Positions 28,965 through 39,135 of a DNA stretch of 64,000 nt are shown piece after piece. Position numbers and translations under genes: made by a program. Every line of letters starts with the position of its first letter. The first letter of the stretch is position 1. This stretch comes from Candidatus Omnitrophota bacterium (GTDB lineage: Bacteria; Omnitrophota; Gorgyraeia; Zapsychrales; Zapsychraceae): positions 87,938 through 151,937 of the forward strand of contig JAIORP010000135.1 of assembly GCA_021108075.1 (NCBI GenBank), in the 5' to 3' direction. The notes below the pieces were generated by a model that did not search any database, was not told where the DNA came from, and saw only the letters and a program-made list of their open reading frames with translations.

Positions 28965-29097
28965 TTTTTAAAACTTCAATATTAAGTTCTGATTAAATAT
29001 TATTTTTTTATGCGCGAATTATCATCCAAACAATACTGTTTGATTCATTCTTCCCGGCAAAATTTCTTCTCAATTATTTCTTGAACAGAGGATCAAT

Positions 29098-29979
29098 ATG
29101 ATTGTCGTAAGATTATGTGGAGGATTAGGAAACCAATTATTTCAATACGCCGCCGCTCGAAGCTTATCTGAAAGATTACAGACAGCGGTTAAACTTGACA
29201 CAACATGGTTTCACTTACAACAAGATCGAAACTTCATGATTGATGTTTTTCATATTAAGGCCGACATGGCCTCGGAACAAGAGATCTCCACTTTCCATAC
29301 ATCCGGGCGAACCGGTTTTTGGCCTAAACTGCACGGTATGCTAACAAACAAAAAAAGAACCGACCAAACCTATTTTCAAGAAGAACATTTCCATGTTAAT
29401 CCGGATTTCTTTCACCTGAATAATTCCGTCTATTTAGACGGGTACTGGCAAAGCGAAAAATATTTTGAAAACATCAAAGAACAACTTCGCAATGAATTAA
29501 CGTACAAGAAGCCGTCAACAGATGAAAACAAGGACATGCTGGCGGAAATATCTTCTACAAAAAATCCGACGGTGAGCCTTCATATTCGACGCGGCGACTA
29601 TGTCAAAGACCCGCGAATTACCAGGGTCTTATACTCCTGTCAATTGGATTACTACCACAAGGCGGTCGAAACCATCGCCCAAAAGGTTTCCAACCCGTTC
29701 TTCTACGTATTCAGCGATGATGTTCCCTGGTGCCATAAGCATCTCAGACTGCACCACGCCTATAAAGTCATCAGCCATAACCCGCCTGGACAGGAATGGG
29801 AAGATTTCCGGTTAATGACCGCTTGCCAGCATCATATTACGGCAAACAGTTCTTTTTCCTGGTGGGGAGCATGGTTAGACCATACCCCGCAGAAGATCAT
29901 CATTTCTCCTTTAAAATGGTTCAAAAATAAAAATTATAATGATAAAGACTTAATTCCATCAGGATGGATTCGCATATGA
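29098..29979 (+). CDS. Glycosyltransferase family 11, alpha-1,2-fucosyltransferase
   Basis: N-terminal LCGGLGNQLFQYAAARSL and HIRRGDY motifs, diagnostic of GT11 (FutC/WbsJ type). Confidence 0.85.
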   Translation: MIVVRLCGGLGNQLFQYAAARSLSERLQTAVKLDTTWFHLQQDRNFMIDVFHIKADMASEQEISTFHTSGRTGFWPKLHGMLTNKKRTDQTYFQEEHFHVNPDFFHLNNSVYLDGYWQSEKYFENIKEQLRNELTYKKPSTDENKDMLAEISSTKNPTVSLHIRRGDYVKDPRITRVLYSCQLDYYHKAVETIAQKVSNPFFYVFSDDVPWCHKHLRLHHAYKVISHNPPGQEWEDFRLMTACQHHITANSSFSWWGAWLDHTPQKIIISPLKWFKNKNYNDKDLIPSGWIRI

Positions 29980-30947
29980 GTGCTGTGCCAAAAATTTCTG
30001 TCCTCATGTCGGTCTATAACGGAGAGCAATACCTCGCCCAGGCCATCGAAAGTGTTCTGGGACAAACAATGCCTGATTTCGAATTCATCATTATTAATGA
30101 CGGATCGAACGATAACACACAGCACATCATTAATAAATTTTCCGATAAACGAATCATCACAGTGCAGAACAGGACCAATATCGGACTGACCCTATCGCTC
30201 AATAAGGGTATCCAGTCAGCCAAAGCACAATATATCGCCCGTCACGACGCGGATGACATCTCTTTACCCGAACGGTTCCAAAAGCTTTACGAGTATATGG
30301 AAAGAAATCCCCACATTGTTTTGCTGGGGTCGAGCTGCCTTCTCATCGACACACAAGGGAACGTCCTCAAAACAAAAAAATTATCAACTGGCAGCAAGAA
30401 CTTAAAACAACATCTAAGAAGGTGCAGCCAATTCTGTCATGGATCTGTCATTTATCGCAAACAAACCGTAAATAAACTGCATGGATATCGGCCCAAAGCG
30501 AAATATGTCGAGGATTATGACCTGTGGTGCCGGATGGCAAAGGCATACGATATTGAAAACTTAGCTGAACCACTCTATCAATTGCGCCTGCATGCGGATT
30601 CCATCTCCATCAAGAACTTATTCACGCAAAAGCGATATGAGCGGCTCATCTCCAATCTTTACGCGAAAGAGTCAAAAGACACGATGGAAGAATTGGATGA
30701 TTTAACCGACCAGGAAATCGAATCGCGACTGACTCAGCTTTTACCGGTCAACCAAAATACCATCAATCGCATTCATCGTGACAAATACTATGAATGGTCA
30801 GAAATTATGTATAATGCCAAGAAATATAAAAGCACGATGAAGCAGTTGAAAGAGGCCATGCACTATGATGCCCGGGATGCGGCCGCGTGGTTGTTATTGA
30901 CGAAATGCGTCATTAAATTAATGTTTGCAAAAAACTCATCGTCTTAG
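29976..30947 (+). CDS. Glycosyltransferase family 2
   Basis: ISVLMSVYNGEQYLAQAIESVLGQT...FIIINDGSND. ATGA start/stop overlap with the upstream gene. Confidence 0.8.
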   Translation: MSAVPKISVLMSVYNGEQYLAQAIESVLGQTMPDFEFIIINDGSNDNTQHIINKFSDKRIITVQNRTNIGLTLSLNKGIQSAKAQYIARHDADDISLPERFQKLYEYMERNPHIVLLGSSCLLIDTQGNVLKTKKLSTGSKNLKQHLRRCSQFCHGSVIYRKQTVNKLHGYRPKAKYVEDYDLWCRMAKAYDIENLAEPLYQLRLHADSISIKNLFTQKRYERLISNLYAKESKDTMEELDDLTDQEIESRLTQLLPVNQNTINRIHRDKYYEWSEIMYNAKKYKSTMKQLKEAMHYDARDAAAWLLLTKCVIKLMFAKNSSS

Positions 30948-30954
30948 GAGCAAT

Positions 30955-31917
30955 ATGCCTGATTCACGTTTAAAAGCCAGCGTTATCATTTCAACACATA
31001 ATGGTGCAACACGAATATTAAAAACTCTTTTTAGTCTCACAAAGCAAACAATGAAAGACTTCGAGATTATTGTTGTTGATAATGCTTCTACGGATAACAC
31101 AAAAGAGGTTGTCCAAGGCGCAAAAAAAGATATCGCTTGTCTCCAATACGTGTTCGAGCCGAATTTGGGTATTTCCGCCGCACGCAATAAGGGCTTTCAG
31201 ATATCCAAAGGGGAGGTTATCCTTTTCATGGATGATGATGAAATTGCTTCTCCCGGATGGGTTCATGAACACGTGAAGGTCTATGGATCAAACAAAAACA
31301 TTGACGCCATAGGTGGCAGGATCATTCTGAAATGGACATCCCTGCGCCCCGGGTGGTTACCGAGGAAAATAAACCGCCGCATGGGATGCTTAAATTTGGG
31401 TGTTCACGCCAGACCCATGATTTTCCCCGAGTATCCGTTCGGAGGAAATATGTCCTTTCGTCGCAACATCTTCAAACAACTAAAGGGTTTCTCCCTGACA
31501 TTCGGCATTAAAGGTTGTGGCCTGATGGGCAATGAAGAAAAAGAAATCTTCTTCCGTTTAAATCAATTGAACCCGCGGCATATCGTGCAATATTCCCCTG
31601 AAGCCTATGTGCACCACACCATCAACGCGAAAAGATTATCTCAGAAAAACATCATCATGAGAAACTTCTACCAGGGCGTCTCAGATGTCTTATTTACAGA
31701 ATTAACAGAATCACCCCGACGCTCAAGGATCCGTTGGTTAAAGAGAAGCCTCCGTGGATACGTTTCCGTTTTTCAAACATTTTTTCCCATTTTCAAATTC
31801 CGGATCAAAAAAAAAGAAACGAAACTTTTTATGATGCAAATCAGCTGCGCATACTGGCTGGGTTACGCCCGGGAATGCCTTAAATTTTGTTTGATAAACA
31901 AAAACAATAAAAAATAA
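30955..31917 (+). CDS. Glycosyltransferase family 2
   Basis: ASVIISTHNGA...IIVVDNASTDNT and a DDDE region. ATG at 30955 is preceded by AGGAG; the track start 30925 overlaps the upstream gene. Confidence 0.8.
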   Translation: MPDSRLKASVIISTHNGATRILKTLFSLTKQTMKDFEIIVVDNASTDNTKEVVQGAKKDIACLQYVFEPNLGISAARNKGFQISKGEVILFMDDDEIASPGWVHEHVKVYGSNKNIDAIGGRIILKWTSLRPGWLPRKINRRMGCLNLGVHARPMIFPEYPFGGNMSFRRNIFKQLKGFSLTFGIKGCGLMGNEEKEIFFRLNQLNPRHIVQYSPEAYVHHTINAKRLSQKNIIMRNFYQGVSDVLFTELTESPRRSRIRWLKRSLRGYVSVFQTFFPIFKFRIKKKETKLFMMQISCAYWLGYARECLKFCLINKNNKK

Positions 31918-32984
31918 TGAAATCTATTTTTATACCAGACTACTCTGACGGAAATCCATACCAGGAATTATTAGCCCGTGCGCTGAAAAAATATGGGGTA
32001 ACGGTTACGTATTCCAATCCCACGGGTATTTTCTGCCTTTTAAAAATTGTGAAAAAAGCCCGTCAGTCACCGGATACCATTATTCATCTGCATTGGATTA
32101 ACACACTTATCCCACTCGGTCGGAGCAACCTCAGGACAGCCGCCCGGATTCTATTCTTTGATATAGGATTATTGCTGCTCCGCATGCACCGCATAAAACT
32201 CGTGTGGACCATTCATAATAAATTTTGCCATGACAGTCAGCACCGCAAAATCGAACGGATGGCACGGCGCGCGCTCGCGCAGACAGCCCAAACTCTTTTT
32301 GTCCATAGCCCGTCGGTAATCCCGGAACTCGCGGAATTATACAATGTTACCCCCGATAAATTTCAAGTGATTGATCACGGGCACTATATTGATGTTTGTC
32401 CAAATAATATCACCGAACAAGAAGCACGGGCGAAAAATAATATCCCTCAGGACCATTTGGTCTATCTCAGTATTGGTTCACTGAAGAAGTATAAGGGCGT
32501 TATGGATATTATTGAAGCCTATCAACAACTGCACATTCCCAATAGCACCCTGCTGATCGTCGGCCAACCGTCCGACCAAACTCTCGCAAATGAACTTCAA
32601 AAACGTTGCCGGGACGATTTGAACCTCAAACTCATCTTCAAATTTGTCAACGATCAAGAGATGCAGTTCTATCTTAACTGTGCCGATGTCGTTGTCTACT
32701 CGTTTAAAGAAATCCTGACTTCAGGATCTCTTATTCTTGCCCTTTCATTTAAAAAAGCCGTCATTGCGCCGGCATTAGGCTGCATTCCGGATATTGTTAA
32801 TCCATCGGGTTCCTTTTTGTATGATCCGAATGACCCTCAAGGGCTCTTACAGGCCATGTCGTCAGCCAGCAAAGCCGACTTGAAAAAAATGGGAGAACAC
32901 AATTTCAAAACAGCCCGAAGTTTCGATTGGGACCGTATCGCAACAACTACCTTTGATGTTTATTCAAAAACAGGTCAACAATAG
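31917..32984 (+). CDS. Putative glycosyltransferase (GT-B/GT4-like). Assignment uncertain.
   Basis: Size and position in the GT array. No clear E-x7-E motif. Weak. Confidence 0.4.
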   Translation: MKSIFIPDYSDGNPYQELLARALKKYGVTVTYSNPTGIFCLLKIVKKARQSPDTIIHLHWINTLIPLGRSNLRTAARILFFDIGLLLLRMHRIKLVWTIHNKFCHDSQHRKIERMARRALAQTAQTLFVHSPSVIPELAELYNVTPDKFQVIDHGHYIDVCPNNITEQEARAKNNIPQDHLVYLSIGSLKKYKGVMDIIEAYQQLHIPNSTLLIVGQPSDQTLANELQKRCRDDLNLKLIFKFVNDQEMQFYLNCADVVVYSFKEILTSGSLILALSFKKAVIAPALGCIPDIVNPSGSFLYDPNDPQGLLQAMSSASKADLKKMGEHNFKTARSFDWDRIATTTFDVYSKTGQQ

Positions 32985-33295
32985 AATGAATATGAATTTG
33001 AAAACTGCCTGGATTACATTTTATAATCACACAAAATATGGTGTTTTTGGTGATTTTGGAAATGTTTTCACGCAAGGCCTGCGGGCTTGTATTCAGAATA
33101 AACGCTATCAATGTACAAAAAAAATGCTGCAGGGCCTTTCAGCCACGCGAAAAGATATTCCTTGTTGCCGTTGCGGGACCTACCAAAAAATGTTAAAACA
33201 GAATATCTTTCCGGACCTGACAGAAAACAAATCTTCTGTTAAAAAAATCATATTAAAGCAGCTTTTTAAACCATACTAAACATTAAAACACACAC

Positions 33296-35155
33296 ATGAC
33301 CGATCCCAATTGCGAGAGACTAATCAGTGTCATTATTCCCACATTTAACCGGGCTAATTTCTTAAGCCGCGCGGTCAAGAGTGTGCTTCTGCAGACGCAA
33401 ACGCATTTTGAACTCATCATCGTGGATGACGCGTCCATTGATCACACAAAAAAAATTATAAGAGAATTCAAAGACCCCCGCATTAAATTTATTTCATTCC
33501 TGGTGCATAAAGGTGGTCAGTCTGCGCGTAATGCGGGGATCAAAAAGGCCAGGGGGGAATTTATCGCCTTCTTAGATGACGACGATGAATGGAAAAAAGA
33601 AAAGCTTGAAAAAGAATTAGGCCACTTCCTGCAATGTCCTGAAAAAGTTGGTGTTGTTTATTCAGGGTCGGAAGTCATCGATAAGAGAAAAAATGCTATC
33701 CTTCGAACAAATATACCATCCCGCACACCCGACATGAAATATCAACTGCTGTTCGGGCCTGTTATCGGCAGTGTCAGCTACGCGCTTATCCGAAAAAACT
33801 GTTTTGATGATATTGGGTTATTTGATGAATCTTTAAAAAGCTGTCAGGATTGGGATATTTGGAGACGTATCGCCAACCGGTATGAAATCACGTTTATCCC
33901 CGAAGTTCTGACGACCACGTATCAGCATGATAATCAGATCTCAAACGATATTGATGCGGTCATCCAGGGCCGGAAACAAATCCTCAATAAATACTGGCAG
34001 GAGTTGCGCCAATATCCCCATATCAAAATTATTCATTTAAAAACCATTGGAAAATTGTACTGTTTAAGAGGCCTGCGGAAAGAGGCCTGGGGCTATTTTA
34101 AAGAAACACTCAAAATCAATCCTGTTGAAATTTTTAAGATTATAATGTGGTGCTTGTTTGACTTCCCGGGGGTAAAACGCGCATCTCGTTTCATCATAAG
34201 AAAAAAGCCCTTGAAAAAAATTATAACAAAGACAAGGATCAGAATTCCTTTTATTCATGACCAACCCCTGGTCAGTGTCATTATTCCAACCCGCAACCGC
34301 GCGAATATGCTGAAAAAATCCATACAAAGCGCGCTGGACCAAACTTATACCCACATTGAAATTATCATCGTCGATGATGCCTCAACCGATCGAACACACG
34401 ATATCATCTGCGAAATTAAAGATCCGCGGATCAAATATATCAAACATCAAAAAACGAAAGGCGGGTCTGCCGCTCGGAACACGGGAATAAAAATGTCACA
34501 AGGGGATTACATTGCCCTCATCGATGATGATGATGAGTGGAACCCCAATAAAATAGCGCTCTGCTTGAAAAAATTCAATGATGTCGCCCCAAACGTCGGT
34601 ATCATTTATTCCGGATCAGAAACCTATGAACGAAGAGGGGACAAACTCCTTAAACGGTCCTTACCCGCTTATAAAGGAGACTTAACCAAACCGCTACGGC
34701 TAGGTCCAACAGTATGCGGTTTAAATTCCACACTGATTAAGAAAGAGTGTTTTGAAAAAATCGGGTTATTTGATGAGTCACTGAAAAGCTGCCAGGATTG
34801 GGATATGTGGAAACGGATTTCCCAGGAATACGCGTTTGATTATGTCAATGACATCCTCGCGAGAATCAATTTCCATAAATCTCAAATTTCTAAAGATCTG
34901 GATGCCGTTATTACCGGGCGGGAACAAATTCTTAAAAAATATTCTGAGGAATATAAATATAATCCGCAAGACCTGATCATTCATTACAAATCCCTGGGCA
35001 AACTGTATTCCATAAAAAATGACCGGTCGAACGCGTTCCGCTACTTTTATAAGGTTGTTCAAATGAACTTTATTGAGATTTTTAAAATATTGGCATGGTA
35101 TATGTTAGAATATCGTAACGTGAAAAAAATCGAATACCATAAAATGTACGACTAA
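33296..35155 (+). CDS. Bifunctional tandem GT2-GT2 glycosyltransferase (polymerising type)
   Basis: Two GT2 modules. ISVIIPTFNRANFL...LIIVDDASIDHT at aa about 10. VSVIIPTRNRANML...IIIVDDASTDRT at aa about 325. Each is followed by DDDDEW and CQDWD motifs. The halves show patchy high nucleotide identity. Confidence 0.8.
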   Translation: MTDPNCERLISVIIPTFNRANFLSRAVKSVLLQTQTHFELIIVDDASIDHTKKIIREFKDPRIKFISFLVHKGGQSARNAGIKKARGEFIAFLDDDDEWKKEKLEKELGHFLQCPEKVGVVYSGSEVIDKRKNAILRTNIPSRTPDMKYQLLFGPVIGSVSYALIRKNCFDDIGLFDESLKSCQDWDIWRRIANRYEITFIPEVLTTTYQHDNQISNDIDAVIQGRKQILNKYWQELRQYPHIKIIHLKTIGKLYCLRGLRKEAWGYFKETLKINPVEIFKIIMWCLFDFPGVKRASRFIIRKKPLKKIITKTRIRIPFIHDQPLVSVIIPTRNRANMLKKSIQSALDQTYTHIEIIIVDDASTDRTHDIICEIKDPRIKYIKHQKTKGGSAARNTGIKMSQGDYIALIDDDDEWNPNKIALCLKKFNDVAPNVGIIYSGSETYERRGDKLLKRSLPAYKGDLTKPLRLGPTVCGLNSTLIKKECFEKIGLFDESLKSCQDWDMWKRISQEYAFDYVNDILARINFHKSQISKDLDAVITGREQILKKYSEEYKYNPQDLIIHYKSLGKLYSIKNDRSNAFRYFYKVVQMNFIEIFKILAWYMLEYRNVKKIEYHKMYD

Positions 35156-35157
35156 GC

Positions 35158-36183
35158 ATGAAAATATTATTTTCCAGTTATCACAACCCGCACTTTCTGA
35201 CTGTAACCGAATACGTTGAAAATGCCATCCTGGAATCAGGTCATGAACTCATTCGTTTTGACGCCAGACAATTTATCATCCCCGGGCGCTTAAGAGAATC
35301 CATTCCCGTTTTGGAATGGGCCGACCTGATACGAATCAATTTAAATTTTATCGACACGGTCCGCAAGGAAAAGCCTGATCTTTGCATCATCATGTGCGGA
35401 CACCGCATTTTTCCTGGCAGCGTCCGGAAAGTTAAGAAACAGGGCATTCCTATTGTCTTGTGGACCACAGACGTGCCCCTAGTTTTTGATACGATAAAAA
35501 AAAACGCGACTCAATACGATTATGTGTTCTGCGCAGGTTCGGAGGCCGTTGACATCCTCTCGGGAGATAACCTTCAAAATCTGCAATTGCTACCGTTTGC
35601 CTGTGACGAACATCTGCATCACCGCACAGTATTATCCCCCCGGGATGAAGAGCAATACCAAAAAGAACTCGCCTTTGTCGGCTCTTATTATCCCAACCGG
35701 GCAGCCATACTTGAAAAACTGTGTGATTACCGGCTCGGAATTTGGGGACCAGGGTGGCAAAACCTGCCAGACACTTCGCCGTTGAAAAAAATCGCGATAA
35801 CAAAACAGGTCTCACACAATGAGTGGATCAAAATTTTCTCGTCGGCAAAGCTAGCGCTCGTGATCCACTATCAGGACGGACAAACACCGTCTTATCAGGC
35901 CAGCCCCAAATTATTTGAAGCCCTGGCTTGCCAGTGTTTTGTCCTCGTTGACAAACAAAAAGACGCCCTGGATATGTTTACGGCAGGCAAACATGTCGTT
36001 TTCTGGAATGATATCGATGACTTAAAGGAAAAGGTCGACTTTTACCTCAAGCACTCAGACCTGCGCAACGCCATCGCCAGAGAAGGGGAACAATGCAACA
36101 AACAGCACCACACCTATAAAAACCGGCTCAACCTGTTACTGGATACGTTGCGGAACAAAAGCGTCTTAAAGGGATCGCGATGA
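35158..36183 (+). CDS. CgeB-like/GT-B glycosyltransferase
   Basis: ELAFVGSYYPNRAAILEKL...GPGW resembles the CgeB-family (Glyco_trans_1_2) C-terminal domain. Confidence 0.45.
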   Translation: MKILFSSYHNPHFLTVTEYVENAILESGHELIRFDARQFIIPGRLRESIPVLEWADLIRINLNFIDTVRKEKPDLCIIMCGHRIFPGSVRKVKKQGIPIVLWTTDVPLVFDTIKKNATQYDYVFCAGSEAVDILSGDNLQNLQLLPFACDEHLHHRTVLSPRDEEQYQKELAFVGSYYPNRAAILEKLCDYRLGIWGPGWQNLPDTSPLKKIAITKQVSHNEWIKIFSSAKLALVIHYQDGQTPSYQASPKLFEALACQCFVLVDKQKDALDMFTAGKHVVFWNDIDDLKEKVDFYLKHSDLRNAIAREGEQCNKQHHTYKNRLNLLLDTLRNKSVLKGSR

Positions 36184-36920
36184 ATGTCAAAGACATAAAA
36201 GAAAAAGAACGGAATTTCAGAGAAAAAGACCGCCCTTTCGAGGAATTTACTGTCGCGACAAAAACAAAGTGGTGGAGCTTGATCGAACTCAACCAGGTTT
36301 GTGCTTCTATTCAATCCGCAAACGGGATCAATCTCCTGGATATCGGTTGCAGCGACGGCCGGCTGCTGGAATACCTCTATAAAAAAAATCCTCAAAACAA
36401 TCTCTACGGCATTGACTTTGCGCATAATCCCTTAAAAGCTCTTCAACAGAAAACCATGGAAAGTTATCCTGTTTGCGGGGATATCAGCTCATTACCATAC
36501 AAGGATCAATCTTTTCAATATGCTGTCGCTATTCAAGTCATTCAGCAAATTCCAACCCGGAACGAACGTCAAAAGGTGCTGCGCGATATCCACAGGGTCC
36601 TGGCCATGAATGGACGTTTTATATTAACGGTCTTAAATCAAAAAATTTGGGCGCATCTGGTAGAGAACGGAAAGGAGGGGCCGTTAAAGACAGCCAGAGA
36701 TCTGCACGTCTATTTATATAATCCCGAAGATCTACGGTCTGAAATGAATGCCGCCGGTTTTTCCGTGGAGCGAATTGTCGGGATCAACCATTTACCTGTC
36801 CGTCACATAAAGAAGCTTAAAGGTTTGAGCCTGTTTGCCGACCGTCTCATCAACATTATATGGCCCACATTCAGTTTAAAAAAAGGATGTTATTTATTAG
36901 CGGTATGCCAAAAAAAATAA
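36180..36920 (+). CDS. Class I SAM-dependent methyltransferase
   Basis: LLDIGCSDGRLLEYL motif I and a VIQQIP region. Confidence 0.75.
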   Translation: MNVKDIKEKERNFREKDRPFEEFTVATKTKWWSLIELNQVCASIQSANGINLLDIGCSDGRLLEYLYKKNPQNNLYGIDFAHNPLKALQQKTMESYPVCGDISSLPYKDQSFQYAVAIQVIQQIPTRNERQKVLRDIHRVLAMNGRFILTVLNQKIWAHLVENGKEGPLKTARDLHVYLYNPEDLRSEMNAAGFSVERIVGINHLPVRHIKKLKGLSLFADRLINIIWPTFSLKKGCYLLAVCQKK

Positions 36921-38020
36921 ACATCATACACCTGATCCCCGCGTTGAATATCGGAGGAGCGGAAAAAGTTGTCCTCAATTTATGCCGGCACTTTGACCCC
37001 GCGCGCTTCAAGTTAACGCTGGTTTATTGGCAAGGCAATGATGACTTATTACCAGAATTTAAAAAAAGTCCGGTTCAAATTATTAAACTGCAGCTAAAGA
37101 CGGTTATCAGCCTAAATTCAGTCTTGAAAATCCGCCGATTGATTAAAACGACCCAGGCCGATATCATTCATACCCATTTTATCGACGCCGATCTCTTAGG
37201 ATTCTTATCCAGCCGTTTTCTGCGGACAGCCATGATCGTCGATATTCACAGTTACCCGTTTCCGGACAAAACAACACATTGTTTGCGATATTATTTAATG
37301 TCTTTCGGCATTAAAAAATTCCTCTGTGTTTCCAATACTGTTAAGGCCGTCATTCAACAAAAGACTAAAATTCCAGACAAAAAAATCAAGGTCGTCTATA
37401 ATGGGATTACCCTGGACAGCCGCTATGATCCACGCAGCCGGAAGGAAAGAGGCCGCATCAAGCAATCACTCAACATACCTGAAGGCCATATTATCGTTGG
37501 TAACATTTCCAGGCTGATATTAGACAAAGGGCAAGAATACCTGATCCGTGCGATGCCGGACATTATACAGTCGCATAAAAACGTTATCGCCCTTATCATC
37601 GGCGACGGCGAATTGCGGGACCAGCTCAAACAGCTCGCCAGCGATCTAAATATTGAGTCCCACATCATTTTTACCGGCACACGGACTGATATCCCCGAAT
37701 TATTAAGCATTATGGATGTCTTTGTTTTTCCGACTTTCCGCGAGGCTATGGGAATCACGGTGTTGGAGGCCATGGCCGCAGAAAAACCGATTATCGCAAC
37801 AGATGACGCCGCTATCCCGGAACTGATCCGGCACAGGAAAGAAGGGCTGCTGATTCACCCCGGCAATGAACAATTGATCACGCAAGCGGTACAGGCTTTA
37901 CTGGACGATAAAGAATCCGCGCGCCAGTATGCCAAAAACGCCAGGCAAAGAGTCAGCCAATTCAGTCTCGATCAAATGATGATAAACACGGCGCATTTAT
38001 ATGAGGACGTTCCGGGATGA
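36905..38020 (+). CDS. Glycosyltransferase family 4 (GT-B)
   Basis: N-terminal HLIPALNIGGAEKVV. C-terminal EAMGITVLEAMAAEKPIIATD (E-x7-E). The track start 36860 overlaps the upstream gene; ATG at 36905 preferred. Confidence 0.8.
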   Translation: MPKKINIIHLIPALNIGGAEKVVLNLCRHFDPARFKLTLVYWQGNDDLLPEFKKSPVQIIKLQLKTVISLNSVLKIRRLIKTTQADIIHTHFIDADLLGFLSSRFLRTAMIVDIHSYPFPDKTTHCLRYYLMSFGIKKFLCVSNTVKAVIQQKTKIPDKKIKVVYNGITLDSRYDPRSRKERGRIKQSLNIPEGHIIVGNISRLILDKGQEYLIRAMPDIIQSHKNVIALIIGDGELRDQLKQLASDLNIESHIIFTGTRTDIPELLSIMDVFVFPTFREAMGITVLEAMAAEKPIIATDDAAIPELIRHRKEGLLIHPGNEQLITQAVQALLDDKESARQYAKNARQRVSQFSLDQMMINTAHLYEDVPG

Positions 38021-39135
38021 TAAAAATCGTCTATTTTCATGAAGGTCATCAGTTTGGCGGGGCGGAAAGAAGTCTTTTAAACTTGATACGGCATCTTGAC
38101 CGCCATAAATTTTCACCATACTTCATCTGTTCCTCAGACCAAATTTTCACCGGCAAACTGTCACAAATGGATACGGGGTATGACATCTTAAGTTTCCCGT
38201 CGTTAAAACGTAACACCCCCCTCAAAGTGTTTGCGGATTACAAACAACTCGTTCAAACAATGCAGGAACTGAAACCTGATATTCTCCATTCAAACAGTCC
38301 CAGAACCAATTTCTATTCCGGCATCATCGGTCATCATCTACACATTCCCGCCGTGTGGCATGCCCGTAATCTATTAAGCCCCGGCCAAAAGTGGGACCCG
38401 GACTGTTTTTTTGCTTTCTTATCCAGGGTCATCATCTGCAACTCTGATGCCATCCGGAAAAGATTCAAAAAAAAAGCCATCACTATTCTCAATGGCGTGG
38501 ACACCAACAAGTTTCATCCGGAGATCCCTGTTAAAGTGTTCCGCAAAAAATACAATTTAAATCCCAACGCAACCATTTTGATGATGACCAGCCGTATCTG
38601 TCCAAATAAAGGGCATGAAACATTCCTGCAAGCGGGGAAGTTGCTCCACGAAACCAATCCAGACATCCAATTGGTCATCGTGGGCGACGCGCCTGTGCAA
38701 GAAAAATGGCGGATTGAGAAACTGAAACAATTGACCGAACAGTCTGAGATAACCAATCGCGTTATTTTCACGGGGTTTGTGGACAACGTGCCTGAAGCCC
38801 TGAGCGCTTGTGACATTTTTATTCATGCCGCGGACGCGGAACCATGCGGACGGGTCTTATTTGAAGCCATGGCCATGGCCAAACCCGTGATCGCAACAAA
38901 CACCGGAGGGAATCCGGAGATCATTAAAGACAATGTGACGGGTATCCTCATGTCACCGCGCAACCCATTGATCCTGGCTGACAATATTCTCCATCTGATA
39001 CAGCATCCGGACACAGCCAAGAAAATGGGGCAACAAGGCCGCAAACGGGTTCTGGAACAATTCTCGATCCAGAAACATGTCCAGGCCACCCAGAAGATAT
39101 ATGAACAAATCATGGACGGTACCTTATGCGTCTAG
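38017..39135 (+). CDS. Glycosyltransferase family 4 (GT-B)
   Basis: FGGAERS N-terminal motif. EPCGRVLFEAMAMAKPVIATNTGGNPEII. Confidence 0.8.
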   Translation: MIKIVYFHEGHQFGGAERSLLNLIRHLDRHKFSPYFICSSDQIFTGKLSQMDTGYDILSFPSLKRNTPLKVFADYKQLVQTMQELKPDILHSNSPRTNFYSGIIGHHLHIPAVWHARNLLSPGQKWDPDCFFAFLSRVIICNSDAIRKRFKKKAITILNGVDTNKFHPEIPVKVFRKKYNLNPNATILMMTSRICPNKGHETFLQAGKLLHETNPDIQLVIVGDAPVQEKWRIEKLKQLTEQSEITNRVIFTGFVDNVPEALSACDIFIHAADAEPCGRVLFEAMAMAKPVIATNTGGNPEIIKDNVTGILMSPRNPLILADNILHLIQHPDTAKKMGQQGRKRVLEQFSIQKHVQATQKIYEQIMDGTLCV

